A stretch of 64,000 bases of DNA, from contig CM052816.1 in assembly GCA_028534125.1 (NCBI GenBank), positions 74,526,001-74,590,000 on the forward strand, in the 5' to 3' direction. Source of the stretch: Lama glama (Eukaryota). The position numbers and the translations under genes were made by a program. Each line of letters opens with the position of its first letter. The first letter of the stretch is position 1. The notes under the pieces were generated by a model, which saw only the letters and a program-made list of their open reading frames with translations, did no database searches and had not been told where the DNA came from. This document shows, one piece after another, positions 24,593-38,575 of this stretch.

Positions 24593-27500
24593 CCCATCAG
24601 GGTGTCTGAGGTCCCTTCCAACTCTCAAGGCTAATGTCACTAACATAAAATATGCCTAAAGCAACCTTCAAAATAATGGTTAACTTGTCTATCCCTCTAG
24701 TAACTTGTCTTTAGAGAAAAAAGCGGCAGAAGTAACCGACATTGTTAGAGTGTGGATTGCAAGTTACTGTTTTCAGAGTGCTATCACAGAGACAACCTCC
24801 CTTAACCTTTTAACCCTCACAGCAAGCCTGTAAGTAGGAAGATTTTAAAACCCCATGTACAGTTAGGGAAACCAAGTTCCAGCAAGGCTGCCTCACTACG
24901 GTGGTGAGTCTAGGAGCCATGACTGTTGAGTGCAGCTCTTTCCAGTCCATGACTACTTCCGATGCCTCTTCAGTTCTGTTCTTAACCTGGATTTATAAAC
25001 AATCTTTTCATCAAGTGATTTAGTGGAACTCTAGGAATGATGGCCAAGTCCAGGCATAGGCAGAACGGGAAAGGAGACAGGAATAAGAGAAAGCTGTGAT
25101 GGCAAGACCACAGACCCGTCTCTAGCTGAGTCTTCTCCAGGAAGCAGGAGGAGAATGGTCGGTGGTCATTTATGAGTGAGAAGATAAAGGCGGATGGAAG
25201 AATGAGGGTCACGCTTCTGCGGCCGGCCTGCCACAGGGGGAGAGCGGGGTAATTTCACAAGGGTCTTGTCTTAACCTAATTCATACATTTCAAAATCTCC
25301 CTTCTGCTGTTGACCACTCGGCCACGAGGATACTACTCAGCATGCATCTTAAGATGCTTCTAATTTTCTAACATTTCAAAGCATATTTTCAAACAGATTC
25401 TACCCATTAGGTTGCTTGCTATCAGAGGCTAAGTCATGGAGGAATGTGCACCAGAGCAGAAGCCTGCATCTCAGCCCTGCTGGGGCTGGTACCTGCTGGA
25501 GTCTCGGGCAAGTTGTTTAACCCCTCTGGGCCTGGGCTTCCTCGGCAGCAAGCAGAAAGGGTTTGTGCTGCCGCTGCCAGACGGACCATGGGGACACGTT
25601 TATGTCAGATCATGTTGAACTGGTTTCTAACATTTAAAACCTAGGAGATTCATACAAAAATATTTCAAGATCAACTTTTGGGTACACTCCAATGAGGAAT
25701 AAACAGAGTGGTTCTCCAGAGCCCTTTCCACCTGCCAACATACTAGACAATTTAATTACTATTTTTATAGCTTCTCATCTGCCTCACCTATCCACACATC
25801 CCCTTCAGAACACACATACACACAGACCCACACCCTACTAAGGCAAGCAGGATTTTTAAATCTTTCCTGGTCACTGAGGCACTCCAAGCACCTGGCACAT
25901 AGTAAGTGCTCAAAAAATATTTCATGAATCAATTAATGCCTGGTAACTTCATAAAAAGCATAGTTTTTTAAAATTTAAGTGAGGGAAGCTAAAGATAGCA
26001 TAAGCCAGAGATAAGACATGAAAATAGCCAATAAATTCCTGATTTAAAAATCATCATACAGACTTGGCTTTCATAACAACCGTCAAATACTGGCTATCAA
26101 TACATGCTTGTTCTATATATGGTATGTGTGTTTCTCAGAAATATAATCAAATTGAGATTAAAAAAAAGTATGTTGGAGAAGTTTTCACAAGGATTTGAAT
26201 GTACCACAAGATCCTTGTCGGCTGTTCCACTTGTAATGCTTAAGAAAACAGGATAGCGTGGTTATTCTAAAGGCAAGTGACAGGCAGTTCAGTATGTGGA
26301 ATGTTCCATATTAAGGTAAACTTAAATGTGGAGACTGATTTCTCTGGTGGTAAAAGGCAAGTCTTAAGACGGATGAAATGTAATCTCACACCAATTATAT
26401 TAATTTCAACAGCTGGCCGGGCAGTTACCATACCCCACTGTGCTTCTTTTAATAAATGTTCATGGATGTCTCCCAGTTCACTGCACCAGGCTTTAATTTG
26501 TGAAGCTGTCGAGGGAGAAGTGACAGGAAGCACTTGTCGGAAGCCCTCAGATGTGACCGTACATTCAGGGGGATCTGTTAACTGATGTTTAAGTTGTTGC
26601 ATTTCTCATAAACAAGCCTGAGTGACAGACCTTAAGGGTGATCTTCCAAAACAAATGTGACCCATAACCACTAGTGCAGCTCATGCGAAAGCTACCAACT
26701 CTTGCTCTTTTCAACCTACCAGGACCTCCGCAACGAGGAGCAGGTAAAATTGCTGGCAGGTTTGAAGGGGGGAAATGCTTCAATGTGAATGTGGCTCCAT
26801 TAGGCTCACCAGCTTTTATATGGAGTCTCCTTGTTAATGAATTTTTAATGTAGCACACTCTGGAATAAAGTTTGGAATTTCTGGTACTTTCACAACGGTT
26901 AACTCAATCTCCTTGGTACTAGCAGGAAATTACTAGGCAGAATGATTTCTACCTAAATATACAATGTCAGATTCAGAGTTGAAGACAGGTGTTCATGATT
27001 CTAGGAGTGATTCTTTTTGAATCAACAGACCTAAAATCAATCAACCGAGGTCCATTTGAAGAATATACTCAGGATGGAGCTTCCTGTTTTATTCTCTAGT
27101 GCCTCGGATATTTTTCTACTGAAAGAAATCTGAATTGGTGTTTGTCTTTATTTTTGCTTGTTTGTTTGCTATCATTGGAGCAGGTATGAAAAAAGACGGG
27201 AGAAAATAATAGGTGTCTGGGACAAGTTCAATTCTTAAGATGCTCATTCAGATCTCAGACTACTTTAAGAGTAGCCCTAAAAATAATACCTGAATCAGTG
27301 TTGAATGCTGTCAGCATGCCCCTTAAATTCTCCTGGCAAAACTGCATGATGTATGTTATTGGATGAAGGAGAATTAGTCACAATTGGTCAAATGGTAGTT
27401 GCTGTTACAGAGTTCCAGCTGTACAGTCCAGTGGGTTTTCTATGATTTGGGTCAAAGGCTAACTTTCTTGGGGCTCACACACATTTTGTGCATGTTATAG

Positions 27501-27803
27501 ACATACACTCATGATAGGCTTTCTTACATGATCCCTCTTTTTCTTCTAACTTCTTAGTTTACCTGGCAAACCTTTCAGCCTCTCAAGGTTTATTTATTGA
27601 AGGGTCTCCAGCACTTGGCTCAAAAAAGAAAAAAATCTTGGGTGAACAAACAAATGAACCAGTGAAAAGATAAGGGCTGCACTGTAACTCCACATATAAA
27701 TATTTCTTTTACTTTTAAAAGAATATGAACATGCTTTCTCTAACTTGACCCCTGCAGCAATCCTGAGCACAGTCAGTTCAACATGCAATCACCAGATCTA
27801 GGC

Positions 27804-28033
27804 CAGTGGTTCTCAAATAGGGGCCATTCACCTCACCCTTCCCCCACTGCCCCCAACCAGGAACCACTTAGCAATGTCTGGAGATGCTTTGGTTCTTTCA
27901 GCTGAGGGTGGAGGGCACCACCTAGTAGACAGAGGTCATGGATGCTGCTAACCATGTTACAGTGCACAGGACACCTCCCACCACACACAAAAATACCTCG
28001 TCTGAAATGTCAATAGTGCCAAGGTTGACCCTC
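27804..28033 (+). mobile_element. MER20 hAT-Charlie MITE with 8-bp TSD
   Basis: Starts CAGTGGTTCTCAA, with internal gcaatgtctggaga, ggatgctgctaa and aaatgtcaatagtgccaaggttga. Perfect TSD ATCTAGGC at 27796-27803 and 28034-28041. Confidence 0.92.
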
Positions 28034-29629
28034 ATCTAGGCTTTCGATCTCTGAAAACTGTTGTAACCCTACGTTCTGAGAGCTTCTGTCCAACGTACTT
28101 TTCTGACCAAGTACATCCTATGATTACTCAGTGTACAGTACTAAACTTCTCCCTGCATTCAGTCATAGTCCTAAAAAACATACACCAAACCAACTCAAAA
28201 GCATGGGGATAGCAAGTTCACAGTTTGATTCCCAGTGGTTGACCCGGGATGAACGTTTGGTTTGCCAATCGTGTTCTTTTAGAGAAGGCACTTGGGTGCA
28301 GCTTGGAAGTACCTGACACTTTCGTGCATCTCAAGAAGAATGAATTCATTATCTGAGATCTCTTAGAACATTTACAAGTTCCTATGTTTCTTATAATTAA
28401 AGTTCTTAGGAGGACAGCTAGAGAGGACTAAATGGGTGAAAATATGAGCTGTTTAATAGGAAACCCAACATCGAAATACTGGCAATTCTGCCTTTTGCCT
28501 TTGAGAAAATCATCCATGACTGGGTGGGATTAAGCAGGAGCTGATGGCACCTCAGTAATACAGAGAACTGTAAAGAGGGAGCTAGAAGTCCCTTTTGTTT
28601 GTCACAACTGAAGAGCTTCTATAACTTACAAGAATGATTCCCTAACTTCCCAGGTGGTGGAGTAACACATTCGGGTCTTTTATAACTCAATCTCCAGCAG
28701 TGAAGTGCACGTTCCAGGGAACGTCAATTCTGACAACACAGCCCTGCAGAGAACAGGGAGGACAAAGGAATCTTAGGGATCATCTTACCCAATGATGTCC
28801 TGCCTTTGAAAACTTTGCTGAATTATTTATCCATATGAAATTATACCTGGAAACTTACTGTGTAAAGTCAGAATTATTCCAGGAAGCTGTTTTTGGACAA
28901 GAGCGAGACTTGGCGGGTCAGGTCTCCTCTCCTGCACATTAACCCCAGCCCTGTCTGACCGATAACTCATTCTACTTTGGGATAATAGCAATGGGCATAG
29001 AGTACTTTTCTAAACAAGCAACCTAATTGCCCTTGTTTTGAAGAGAAGGTAAAGCAAGAGGCGACTGTCCTTTACAAAAAGGCTAACTCTCACCAGTCAC
29101 TCTGTCAGGTACTTAACATGCCAGATCATGGACGGCTTTCTGAACAAGGTATTATTACCTCTGTTTCAAGATGAGAAACAGAAGTGCTGATAAACAATTT
29201 GCTCAGTCACAGAGTTGAAACTGGTAGGGCTGAAATTCCTATGTGCACATGTTTGGTTCCCAAAGTCTACATTTTTGGTATATTCTCTCTCCATGCTTTC
29301 TAAACAGAATGGATTAAAGCCCTTGTCAACATATGTTTTTTAAAACAAATACCTCACCATCGCCCCAACATGACTCTCAGTCTAAACATCTCCAGTTCCT
29401 TTTGTGTGATTTGAAGAATCTTCACCAATAAGATTGCTTTGTTTTGGTCTGTCAATATTTTTCTTAAATCTCAATGTCTGGAACTCACCAGATTATTTTA
29501 GGTATGTCATGGCCGGTGCAGAGTCTGGAGGACTGGTGATTGACTTGTTCTAGACCCTCTGTTTGTATGAAGGCAGCCTGAGCTAGCTGACTTTGGTAGC
29601 TATGCTGTTAACAGGTTAGTTAAATTATA

Positions 29630-29900
29630 TACTTGCAATGAGCTAAATAACTTCAAGTCTTGTACAGAGGACTTGCTGTGAGCAAGTGATGTCACTTCAC
29701 TTATGATTTTATAAAACCTAAAAACAGGACTTTAATTTATCCCTATCAAATTTTATCTTACAGCTTTGGCCCCTCTATTGACGGCTGTCAAGATACCTCG
29801 AATCCTACACCTGTCATTCGGCACATGAGCTATCCCTGGCTTTGCACCATCCATAGACTTTGTGAGTCTGCCTTCCTTGTCTTCACTCTAGTCCCTGATT
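29630..29900 (-). mobile_element. CR1/L3 fragment (tentative)
   Basis: ggactttaatttatccctatcaaattttatctt...ctgtcaagatacctcgaatcct..ctgtcattc resembles reverse-strand L3 ORF2. Confidence 0.4.
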
Positions 29901-31134
29901 TTTCTGGAAAAAAAAAAAAAAGCCCAGGAGAAGGTCCATCTCGTGCAGACAGGGCTTGTCGTGAGGGAATCCCTTGCCAAGCACCTCACCCCTATCTGAG
30001 AAATGATAGAAAAAACAATATGGGAGTTGAGAGGGACAGATTTGATTTTTTTCTTCCTGAAAAGTTTTAATAACATATCAGCAATGAAGTTTATAGAAAT
30101 TAACAGCTTTTGCCCATAACCACAAAGTTGATTATTAACAGAATTGGATTCATAACCCGAAGTTAGTGATTAGTTAATATTTTTTTCCCATCACACCATT
30201 AGGTGAGATCACTAATGGCAAAAAAAGACCTCCCAAATTTGTTTTTAATTAATTTCTTGGTAGTTTTCTTTTCTGACAATTTGCCCCTTGACCCTTAAAG
30301 AGCAACATGAAAAGAAATTCCAGTGAATGGAACCCTCTTCTCCTAAGCTTGGTTTCACTCCTACTGTTTTATATGGACAAATCTTATCCAAAAAATGGTA
30401 TAAGAATGATGTTATACCCAAGAAAAGTCCTATATACAAAATAGGGAATGTTAATTCTATGAAGATGGGAAGGTTTGGGTAAGGAGGTACATTTAGAAAC
30501 AGGCAAAAGTATACAGTGTAACAGCGAGTGTGTGTGTGTAGTGTAACTTCTAGCCATGTTAGTAGAGAGGGGAGCTGGTTTTCCTTTACTTTGAGAGCTT
30601 CAGCATTCATGGAGAATCCACAAATGATGTAGAATTGATTTTATAAGACAGCCTCCCTAGAACAATGCGGGGAGAGCCTTGTAAATAACAGGGCTGACAG
30701 TACCAGCGGGTACTGTTCAGTGGCTCAGGAGGTACCTTTCATCGATTTTCTTCAAAGTAGAAGAGGTGGCGTCTGTCCCCACAAACTTTGGGTTTAGCCT
30801 CAGGAAGAGACGCCCACCTGTTCTGAGGAAATTCCCCATACCTTATCATAAGTTTTATATTTATATGTAAGTATATAGAATACTTAACATATGAAATAAT
30901 GGGGTCTAACATCAAAAGTCAAAGTGCTACATTAAACTTAATGAATCTGAATCTTAGAGGATTTACAGAAGGAGCTCACGCAATCACCTCCTGTCTCTTT
31001 GCCATAATATAACTATGATTCTTTACCTAGCCTGAGCAAGGAAAACAAATGCAACTTTGTAAGTGGGCTCAAATTCTCACAGAGGTGAGTGCTATAGTTC
31101 AGTTAACCGCCCTGGGAGCCCCAGGGCACATGAG

Positions 31135-31345
31135 TCCGTGCAATGTGCACTCAGGGCTCAGACTGTCGGGGCCGGACTGCCACTTTGGCCTTCACCAGTT
31201 ATATTAACTAGTTACATAATTACTCTTGGTGTCCTTACCTGAAACAAAGTAATAATGGAACTTCCCTCTTGCCATTGCTGTGGGGATTAACCCAGGTAAC
31301 AAGTATAAAGTACACTGGATCCACGAAAATGCTATTATTATTGCA
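31135..31345 (+). mobile_element. MIR SINE
   Basis: gttacataattactcttggtgtccttacctgaaacaaagtaataatgg...gctattattatt. Confidence 0.5.
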
Positions 31346-32039
31346 ATGAACTGGTTTTAATTCTCTCTCCACATCCCCAGTCCACTTGGTGACTAATCTG
31401 GGAACCTGTGTCTCACTCTTCTTGGCATCGTGTCTGCACAAAGCAAGTGCTCATGGAATGCTGGTTGGACTAATTGAGTTGCCTAGTGTCACTCCCAGCA
31501 TCAGCGTCAACTCATTACAGACCCACTTGCTATACTGATCAGTATTAACTTTATTAAAAGTATAAGAACCAGAGCACTAAGGTTTTATCAAACTTATCCT
31601 CTGAGTATTCCTTGTTAAAACTATAAAGAACAGTGTCCTGTTTTATGAAACTTTATGGCATCATGTCCTTGTTCTATTGTTGAGAGCATTTTCATCATTA
31701 GAATCCTCTTTTAGAGAGTTTTCTGGAATCATTATTAAAATTATCTTTAGTTTCCAAAACTTCCTCATGCAACTGAACTGCTTCTTTTAGGCTTCCCTTG
31801 TTACAAATCAAGTTCTACATATCTGTTTAATTTGCATGTTTATTTAGACCCCAGGGTTTGCAGTAACTCAACCAGAAGCAGTCAGTTACCACTTGTTGAA
31901 TACTTTTGTGCTTTTCCTGTGTCATCGGAGCAGGTACTTTACTGTGGTTACCTCCTTGATGGTTTTAAACATGTAATTTTCTTCCCATGTAACAGATGAG
32001 AAAACTGAGGCTCAGAGAGTGTAAGAAACTACAAAGCCT

Positions 32040-32441
32040 TGGTAGCACGTTCTGTCAGTGCTTTGCTGATGCAGATCCTGTAACCATTTTTGTGCACAGA
32101 CTGCCTGTGTATTCCCACTCCCAGCACCCAGCACCTGTCTCTCTCTGTTAGCTGCCTGCAAGCTGCTGGAGCCACCTGCTCTGCACCTGGAGGGCTGAGC
32201 ATGTCTCGGAATCGACGTCCTCCTGGGGTCAGCTCTTAACCATCAACAGAGAGCGAGAGGTTCTGGACAACTTGAAACACTGCCTCCAGAGGGGGCTGAG
32301 CAGACACCAGACTCAGCAGCCACCCAACTGCCCTGTCTTTTTCCCCGCTCCCCTCTCAGTTTCTCCTTAGAACATTTTCTAATAATCCACTTTCATTTGA
32401 ACGCTTGTCTCAGCACCTGGCTTCTAGGGAACTGGACCTTA
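32040..32441 (+). mobile_element. ERVL LTR (LTR16-family-like)
   Basis: Ends ttctaataatccactttcatttgaacgcttgtctcagcacctggcttctagggaactggaccttaa. Confidence 0.5.
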
Positions 32442-35400
32442 AAAAAAAAAATCATGCAACTCATACATGTTAGATCTGGGATCCCAACCCAGCTCTGACA
32501 AAGTTCAAGATCGATGCTCTGAAGTCCCTAATCTAGACTGCTTCTCCTGACCCAGGCAGAGGAGGAAGCAGCAGTCAGATGTGACTGGCTGCAGAGACTT
32601 GCTCACTGGTCCTACTCCCTCAGCACCTCTGTGTGTCCTCTGAGTCACAGCCAAGGCCATGTGAGCAGTCTCTCCTCTCCTCCCACGGGGTTCCTCCACG
32701 GGTCTCTTTTACCCTCTGATGATCTAAGCTTCTGGTTGATTGTTGTTGCCCCAAGGAAGCGATAGCCAAGGACAGGGTCACAGTACCAGGGGGACATCAT
32801 GTATAATCAAGTCAAATGCAGATCAAACTGGGCTCCAAAGAACTAACCACAGAAATCAATCAGTGGTCTACATGGCATTTACTGAATGCCAACTATGGGC
32901 TGAGCGGCGGCCACGTTCTCCTCACTTTAGCCTGGAATTGCAAGTCTTCTCCTTCTACCTTCTGCTTTAAGGCATCAGCTGACTCTCCCCAACACCAAAG
33001 GCTTCTGACTGTGGGTGTATAACAATCCACTCTCAACTAACACGTTGGAGAAATCACCTCCCACCGAAGTTCAATAGTTTTGGACAGTTAGGGAAGAGTT
33101 TCATTTGGATACATGTTATGCTAATGAAAGTGCTTTATATCCTTTTTTGTTTTTCACAGGCTTCTATTTTTTTCTTCAAACTAAGTTTTTTTTTAGACAT
33201 AAGAATCCAGGTTTTTAGCATTTGTACACAGAAATAGGACAAGACAGTGAGCTCATACTGCGGAGTAACTACACTTTCGCCTTTCACACCCATCACGTCT
33301 ATATAAACATGAATGTGACAGGCAAACACAGCCAGGGTATGCACAGAAGTTAATCTAGCTCTTTCTGTTCCTCGATAAGAGCTTTCCAGGAAGTCAGGCT
33401 TAGCAATAGCTGTGAAGGGAGAGAGAGCTAGTCAACTGTGCTTACGAGGTTCAGAGCGAACACTAGGACCAGGGTGCCGGCACGGCTCACAGGGGACGTC
33501 GGGCACAGTCATAAACCAGTCTGTAAACCCAGCTAGGGCTGTCTGAGCACAGCACCTCCATGCTTCAGGGCTCTCTCCCCCTCACAAGCCCATCCAGTCC
33601 AGCTGTGCCCTGACACGGGCAGGGCGCTGTGACTGATGTCCCCCATTGCCCCGACTGCCCTGCCCTCTTCACAAACACACCCCTTCATCACTGGCTACTG
33701 TTAAGAAAAGGCTGGTGATTCTTGCTCCAACCACGGAAACAGGTGAGCCAACGGGTGGGCAGCGGAGGAGCGAGGGTGGGTCCTGAAAGCTAGGCAGCCA
33801 CAGATGGTCCTTCCCTCAAAAATGAGCTCTCCTTTTTGCAGCAGCCAAGGCTCCCCAAAATACAGTGTGGTAAACACCATCAGTTCAGTCTCCACTAGTG
33901 TGACTCTATTAATACTGACACACACATGGCCATCCACAAGTCAGATATTCTGAATATTATTTCTCCTTCCACAAATTTGCAAGATTTTGCTGAAAAATTA
34001 GATTATACAAAATGCTGCTTTTTTCATATTCAAGGGTCAAGAAATGAAGGATTTTATCAGTATAACTGTCTTTTAACTTTGAGGGCTTCACACTTCAAGA
34101 TGGGCTCTCCCTGGAAAATTGGAAAAACCTGATTATTTAAGGGATGAGGCTGGGAAAACTGCTCCAGCTCTCCATAGGACTCCTAAACAGGGGCGTTCGT
34201 AACCTAAAGTCCAATGTTCAAAGGGGCAGAAAAATGTGGACTTGGAATCTGGAGGCCTCATTATACCTCTTTCTGTCAATATTTGAGGAGTTTTAATCAG
34301 GGAGGTGGGGCACAGATAAAGGTGGTGTCAGGTGGTAGGTGCTGGGTGACTGGTTCATTCAATGCAAGATGTGTGCATGGGGTACAGAGGTCAGTCACCT
34401 GGGAAAAGGTTGGCAAAATTTAGGAAGGGCATCAGGCTCCCAGGCACTGGTGTGTTGGGGCAAAGCTCTGGCTCTGGGGGCACCTGAATTATATAGCAGG
34501 GAAACGAGATCATTCCATCCACAGGGAAAGCCCACAAATCAGAGCGTACGGCACAGATGCTTGGGGCTTCTGGGAGAATATCTTCTACAGCTGCGTGGCT
34601 ATTTCCAGACCCCTCCTACTGGAAGGGGGTCCAAATTCAGCCATTGCCTGGTTGGGACTGGAAAGAACAGGGACAGTTGTGGGATATGACTGGGGAAGTC
34701 CTGGGTCAGGATTTAGATGCCAGTTCCCTTAACAAATAAAGGAAGATCTAGTCTGTGTGTCAGAACACTAGAGGACGGGGATACAGGGATGAACAAAACA
34801 TCCTTCACGAATTTTAAAATTCTAGAGAGTTTTAAGTCCATACCTACTTACCACACAGAGTATGCAGTGGTCATTCTGTCAATCATTTGAAAACCCACTG
34901 AATGTATTTCAAGCTCAGTCCAGGCCCTGTCACACAGCTTGAAACACAGATGTCATGACAACTTCATTTACAAGAGGGACACACAACAAATATCACCTCC
35001 CCGCCCCTCATCCTCCTCCACCTGCTGCCCTTCTGCCCATCTGCTGTGCCTTGCCTCTTGCTGAGAGCACCCGACACCCTGAAACATTTCCTCCACGGCT
35101 GGGACCCAGTCATCGCACTCTAACACCTGCAACACGGCTGTGGAAATGCCACACAGACACTGTAATTAGCTGAGGCTTAAGGCTGGTAAGTTGTATAAAC
35201 AGAAACGGAGATTTCTTAGACGTATCTGATGAAATACTGTGAAGTCGTTTTGGACGCATTTGGGAAACACAGACCAGAGAAAAGCCCAATTTGCAGATGA
35301 GGCTAAAGCAGTGCTTCAGGCCCTGGGGCCGCCCGGGTCGCGCGGTGACGGCCAGACGGGGCGACTGGAATCCGCTCTGTAGGACCAGCCGCATCAGGTT

Positions 35401-37412
35401 TCAAAGTGTGTTTATGTCGCACGTCATCACCGCCTTTATGCTGCTGACTACAGATGCAGAGGAAGCTTCACTCTGGTTTTGAGGGATGACACTGTTGACA
35501 GCAATGTGAGTGTTGCTAGAAAAGCCAAAATGGGACCGGGGTGCCTGCTGCTTGTGAAAGATGAGGGTGGTCCTTGCGTTGTGGCGGCTGGTGATTCTGC
35601 CTGATGACCTGTGGGTCAGCAGGCAGTTACAAGGAACGGGGTGGGGGCGGGGTGTAGGCCCCAAGGATGCCTTTGTGGATGGCTCTGAATTCTCCATCTA
35701 AATTCTCTATCATACCCAGTTTAAGGTTATGGGTTTAAACTCAACCCATTCTGGGAAAGTAACCCACTGACTTACAAATCAGGGTGAGGAGAAAACCACC
35801 ACTCACAGGTTCTCCCTGAGAGGGTTTTGTAGGGAAAGGGCTGGGTGACTGGGGGACCCTGTGCCCGTAAGTTGTACAGGACAGTCTCAGGCAGAGGCTG
35901 GCTGGGCCGGTCCAAGCTGGTGTAGACTTCTGTGTAGTTGAACCTAGGTTAGCTGCTGCTAGAGGTTGAAAACCAGGTGTGTTGATGAACAGGAGCTGGT
36001 GGCCATCACCACACATCAAATGCTGTATGTCAACACCGTTCCTGTCTCCCCCATAGCAGGAGCTCTCATTTAAGCTACTGACCCAAAGTGTGTGGTGACA
36101 TTCTGCCCCCTGGGACTGGCTCTTGTCCTGTAATGACAGTCATCTAAGGCAGGAGACTGGAAATTCAGTCCATCACTGGCATGTTTGAACTGAACAGTTA
36201 AGGTTCAGACTATTCTTGGGTGGTCCTGGTCCTTTTTACTGCCAGTTAGCTGAGACACCAACCTACTCACTCACACTGCCAGCCGCTTTGTAGGGGTGAG
36301 TCACACAGCTGCTACATAAGCCTCACCGACCTCCTGGATTCTGCTCGGTGCCTGGTTTTGCTGCCCTCAACTCAGCCTGCATATATTTTATTATATTTCA
36401 TAAGTACATACTCTAGGGATAAGCAAATATCTGGAGGTATGTCAGGGTCTTGTAATCTAGTTGCAAATGTCCAGAGACTACTTGGGGAGGCAGCTCTGGC
36501 CTTTGTCCCCACCATGGATCCTTGGGGCACAGCAGCCATGCCACAGCAAGCCTCATGGCAGAGGGGAGCAGATAGCTGTGTGACCTGGGCTAGGCACAGG
36601 CAGGGGGGTTTCGGGACATGGTATGAAAGAAAGGTTGCTTAGATACTCTGCTGGCCTCAGTCTCAGCATTTCCCCACCACGGAGCTGTTCCCTAAGTACC
36701 GCTTCACCGCTACCAGGCTGAGCTGTGCTCCGGTTTCTCCGTATCAAAAGTGCGTCACTGCTGATGCTGATAACACGAACTCAAGATGCAGAAACTTTGA
36801 CATGGATGGAGTAAGAAAGCTCTGCCAGTTCCTGGTCAAAAATCCACATGTAATTGGACTCCAAGTTCTCCTCAACATCTGTCTGTAATCCACCACTGTC
36901 ACACCTGCATCCTCTCTCCTAACCTATAACTACCACCTTCCACCACGTTCTTCTCTCTCGAATTCACTTTTATTCTATTACCAGTATTATTTTGAAAATG
37001 CAAATCTAACACTCTCATTATTTCCCTGCTTAAAGCTCTTTAATAACCTCAGAGGACTCTGAATAAATTATGCTTATTTGCCTGCCTTCTCCTGCTCCTT
37101 AAGGACCATGAGCCCCTTAAGAGCAGAAACAAACTGAAAACGCACCCTTGAATCCATAAAAGTGCTCAATATAAACTTGCTGACTGTTTTGTGTCATCAT
37201 CCACAAAGATCTATGCACATTTTCCATTAGCACTATCCAGAGAGATGAGATCAGAAGAGCTGTCACCTGGCCTGCTACGACCTGCTGAACTCCAGTGTCA
37301 CAGCTATATGTGACACCAGGAGGACCAGGTGACATAGGGCTGCTGATGTATGTGGCACTAGAAGAGATTAAAATTTCTTCTTGCCTCTTGATGAAGTAAA
37401 GATAGCAACAAT

Positions 37413-37964
37413 CAGCACTATATACAATAGTCAAGACATGGAATGTCTTGGCGGATGACAAAATGTCCTTGCCAGATGACTGGATAAAGAAGATGTAGTC
37501 TATATACACAATGGAATACTACTCTGCCACAAAAAAGAATAAAATAACGCCATTTGCAGCAACATGGATGGTCTTAGAGATGATCATATTAAGTGAAGTA
37601 AGCCAGACAGAGAAAGACAAATATCACATGCTATCACTTACACGTGGAATCTAAAAAAAAAAATACAAATTTTATTTACAAACCAAAAATAGACTCAAAA
37701 ACATAGAAAACAAACTACCAAAGAGGAAAGGGCAGGGAAGGGATAAATTAGGAGTTTGGGATTAATAGAGACACACTACTATATCTAGATAAATAACAAG
37801 GTCCTACTGTACAGCAAACTATATTCCAGTATCTTATAATAACATATAATGGAAAAGAATCTGAAAAAAGATATATGTATATATATATATATAACTGAAC
37901 TGCTTTGCTGTACACCTGAAACTAACATTGTAAATCAACAACACATCAGTAATTTTTGTTTTTT
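37413..37964 (+). mobile_element. 5'-truncated L1 (ORF2 end + 3'UTR) with 15-bp TSD
   Basis: cagcactatatacaatag...caatggaatactac...gccatttgcagcaacatggatg...gctgtacacctgaaactaac. TSD AAAGA(T/C)AGCAACAAT at 37398-37412 and 37965-37979. Confidence 0.92.
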
Positions 37965-38464
37965 AAAGACAGCAACAATTGAAAGCTCTATGGTCTTTCC
38001 CCTCACTTCCAGTGTGAATCCAAGGAAAGCTTTGAATTGCTCCTTTTTGAAACCTTTTTTTTTTTTTTTAAGCAGGTACCTCCTTTACTGTTTACCAACT
38101 ACAGCCATGACTCTAATACTTGCTTGAAATTTGGCCTGTATGTCTTGAAGCTCTCAGGGTTCTGTAAAGCTTCATCTGCAAGGGGGTACAAAGGGGTGAG
38201 GTTTATTTAAAAATGTAAAATGTTCCTGCCACTGTGTCATTATTTCTTAGCTGTTAGCAATGGGAACAGAGGTGTATTCTCTTTTACATAAGTGCTGTGT
38301 CTGCTTGTATACATTTATGAAAAATGTTCAAAGATATATGGAGAACATTATTTTTGGGATCCTGGTTCCTTTAGGACATGGCATCTCACTCTGAGTGTAA
38401 GATTTTTGTCTTGACTGGTATAGAATGATATTTAGAATAATTATGTGCTTTGCCTGCAAGCCAG

Positions 38465-38467
<3 letters not shown>

Positions 38468-38516
<49 letters not shown>

Positions 38517-38575
38517 TATATTACATGTAATTATTATATATGCTATAGCTAAATATTACACACACACACACATAT
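38468..38575 (+). repeat. (AT)n(CA)n compound microsatellite plus a second short (CA)n
   Basis: Read directly from the sequence. Confidence 0.95.

Noticed and set aside
26306..26316. CArG-like CCATATTAAGG
   Set aside because: It has seven W bases between CC and GG rather than the six SRF requires.
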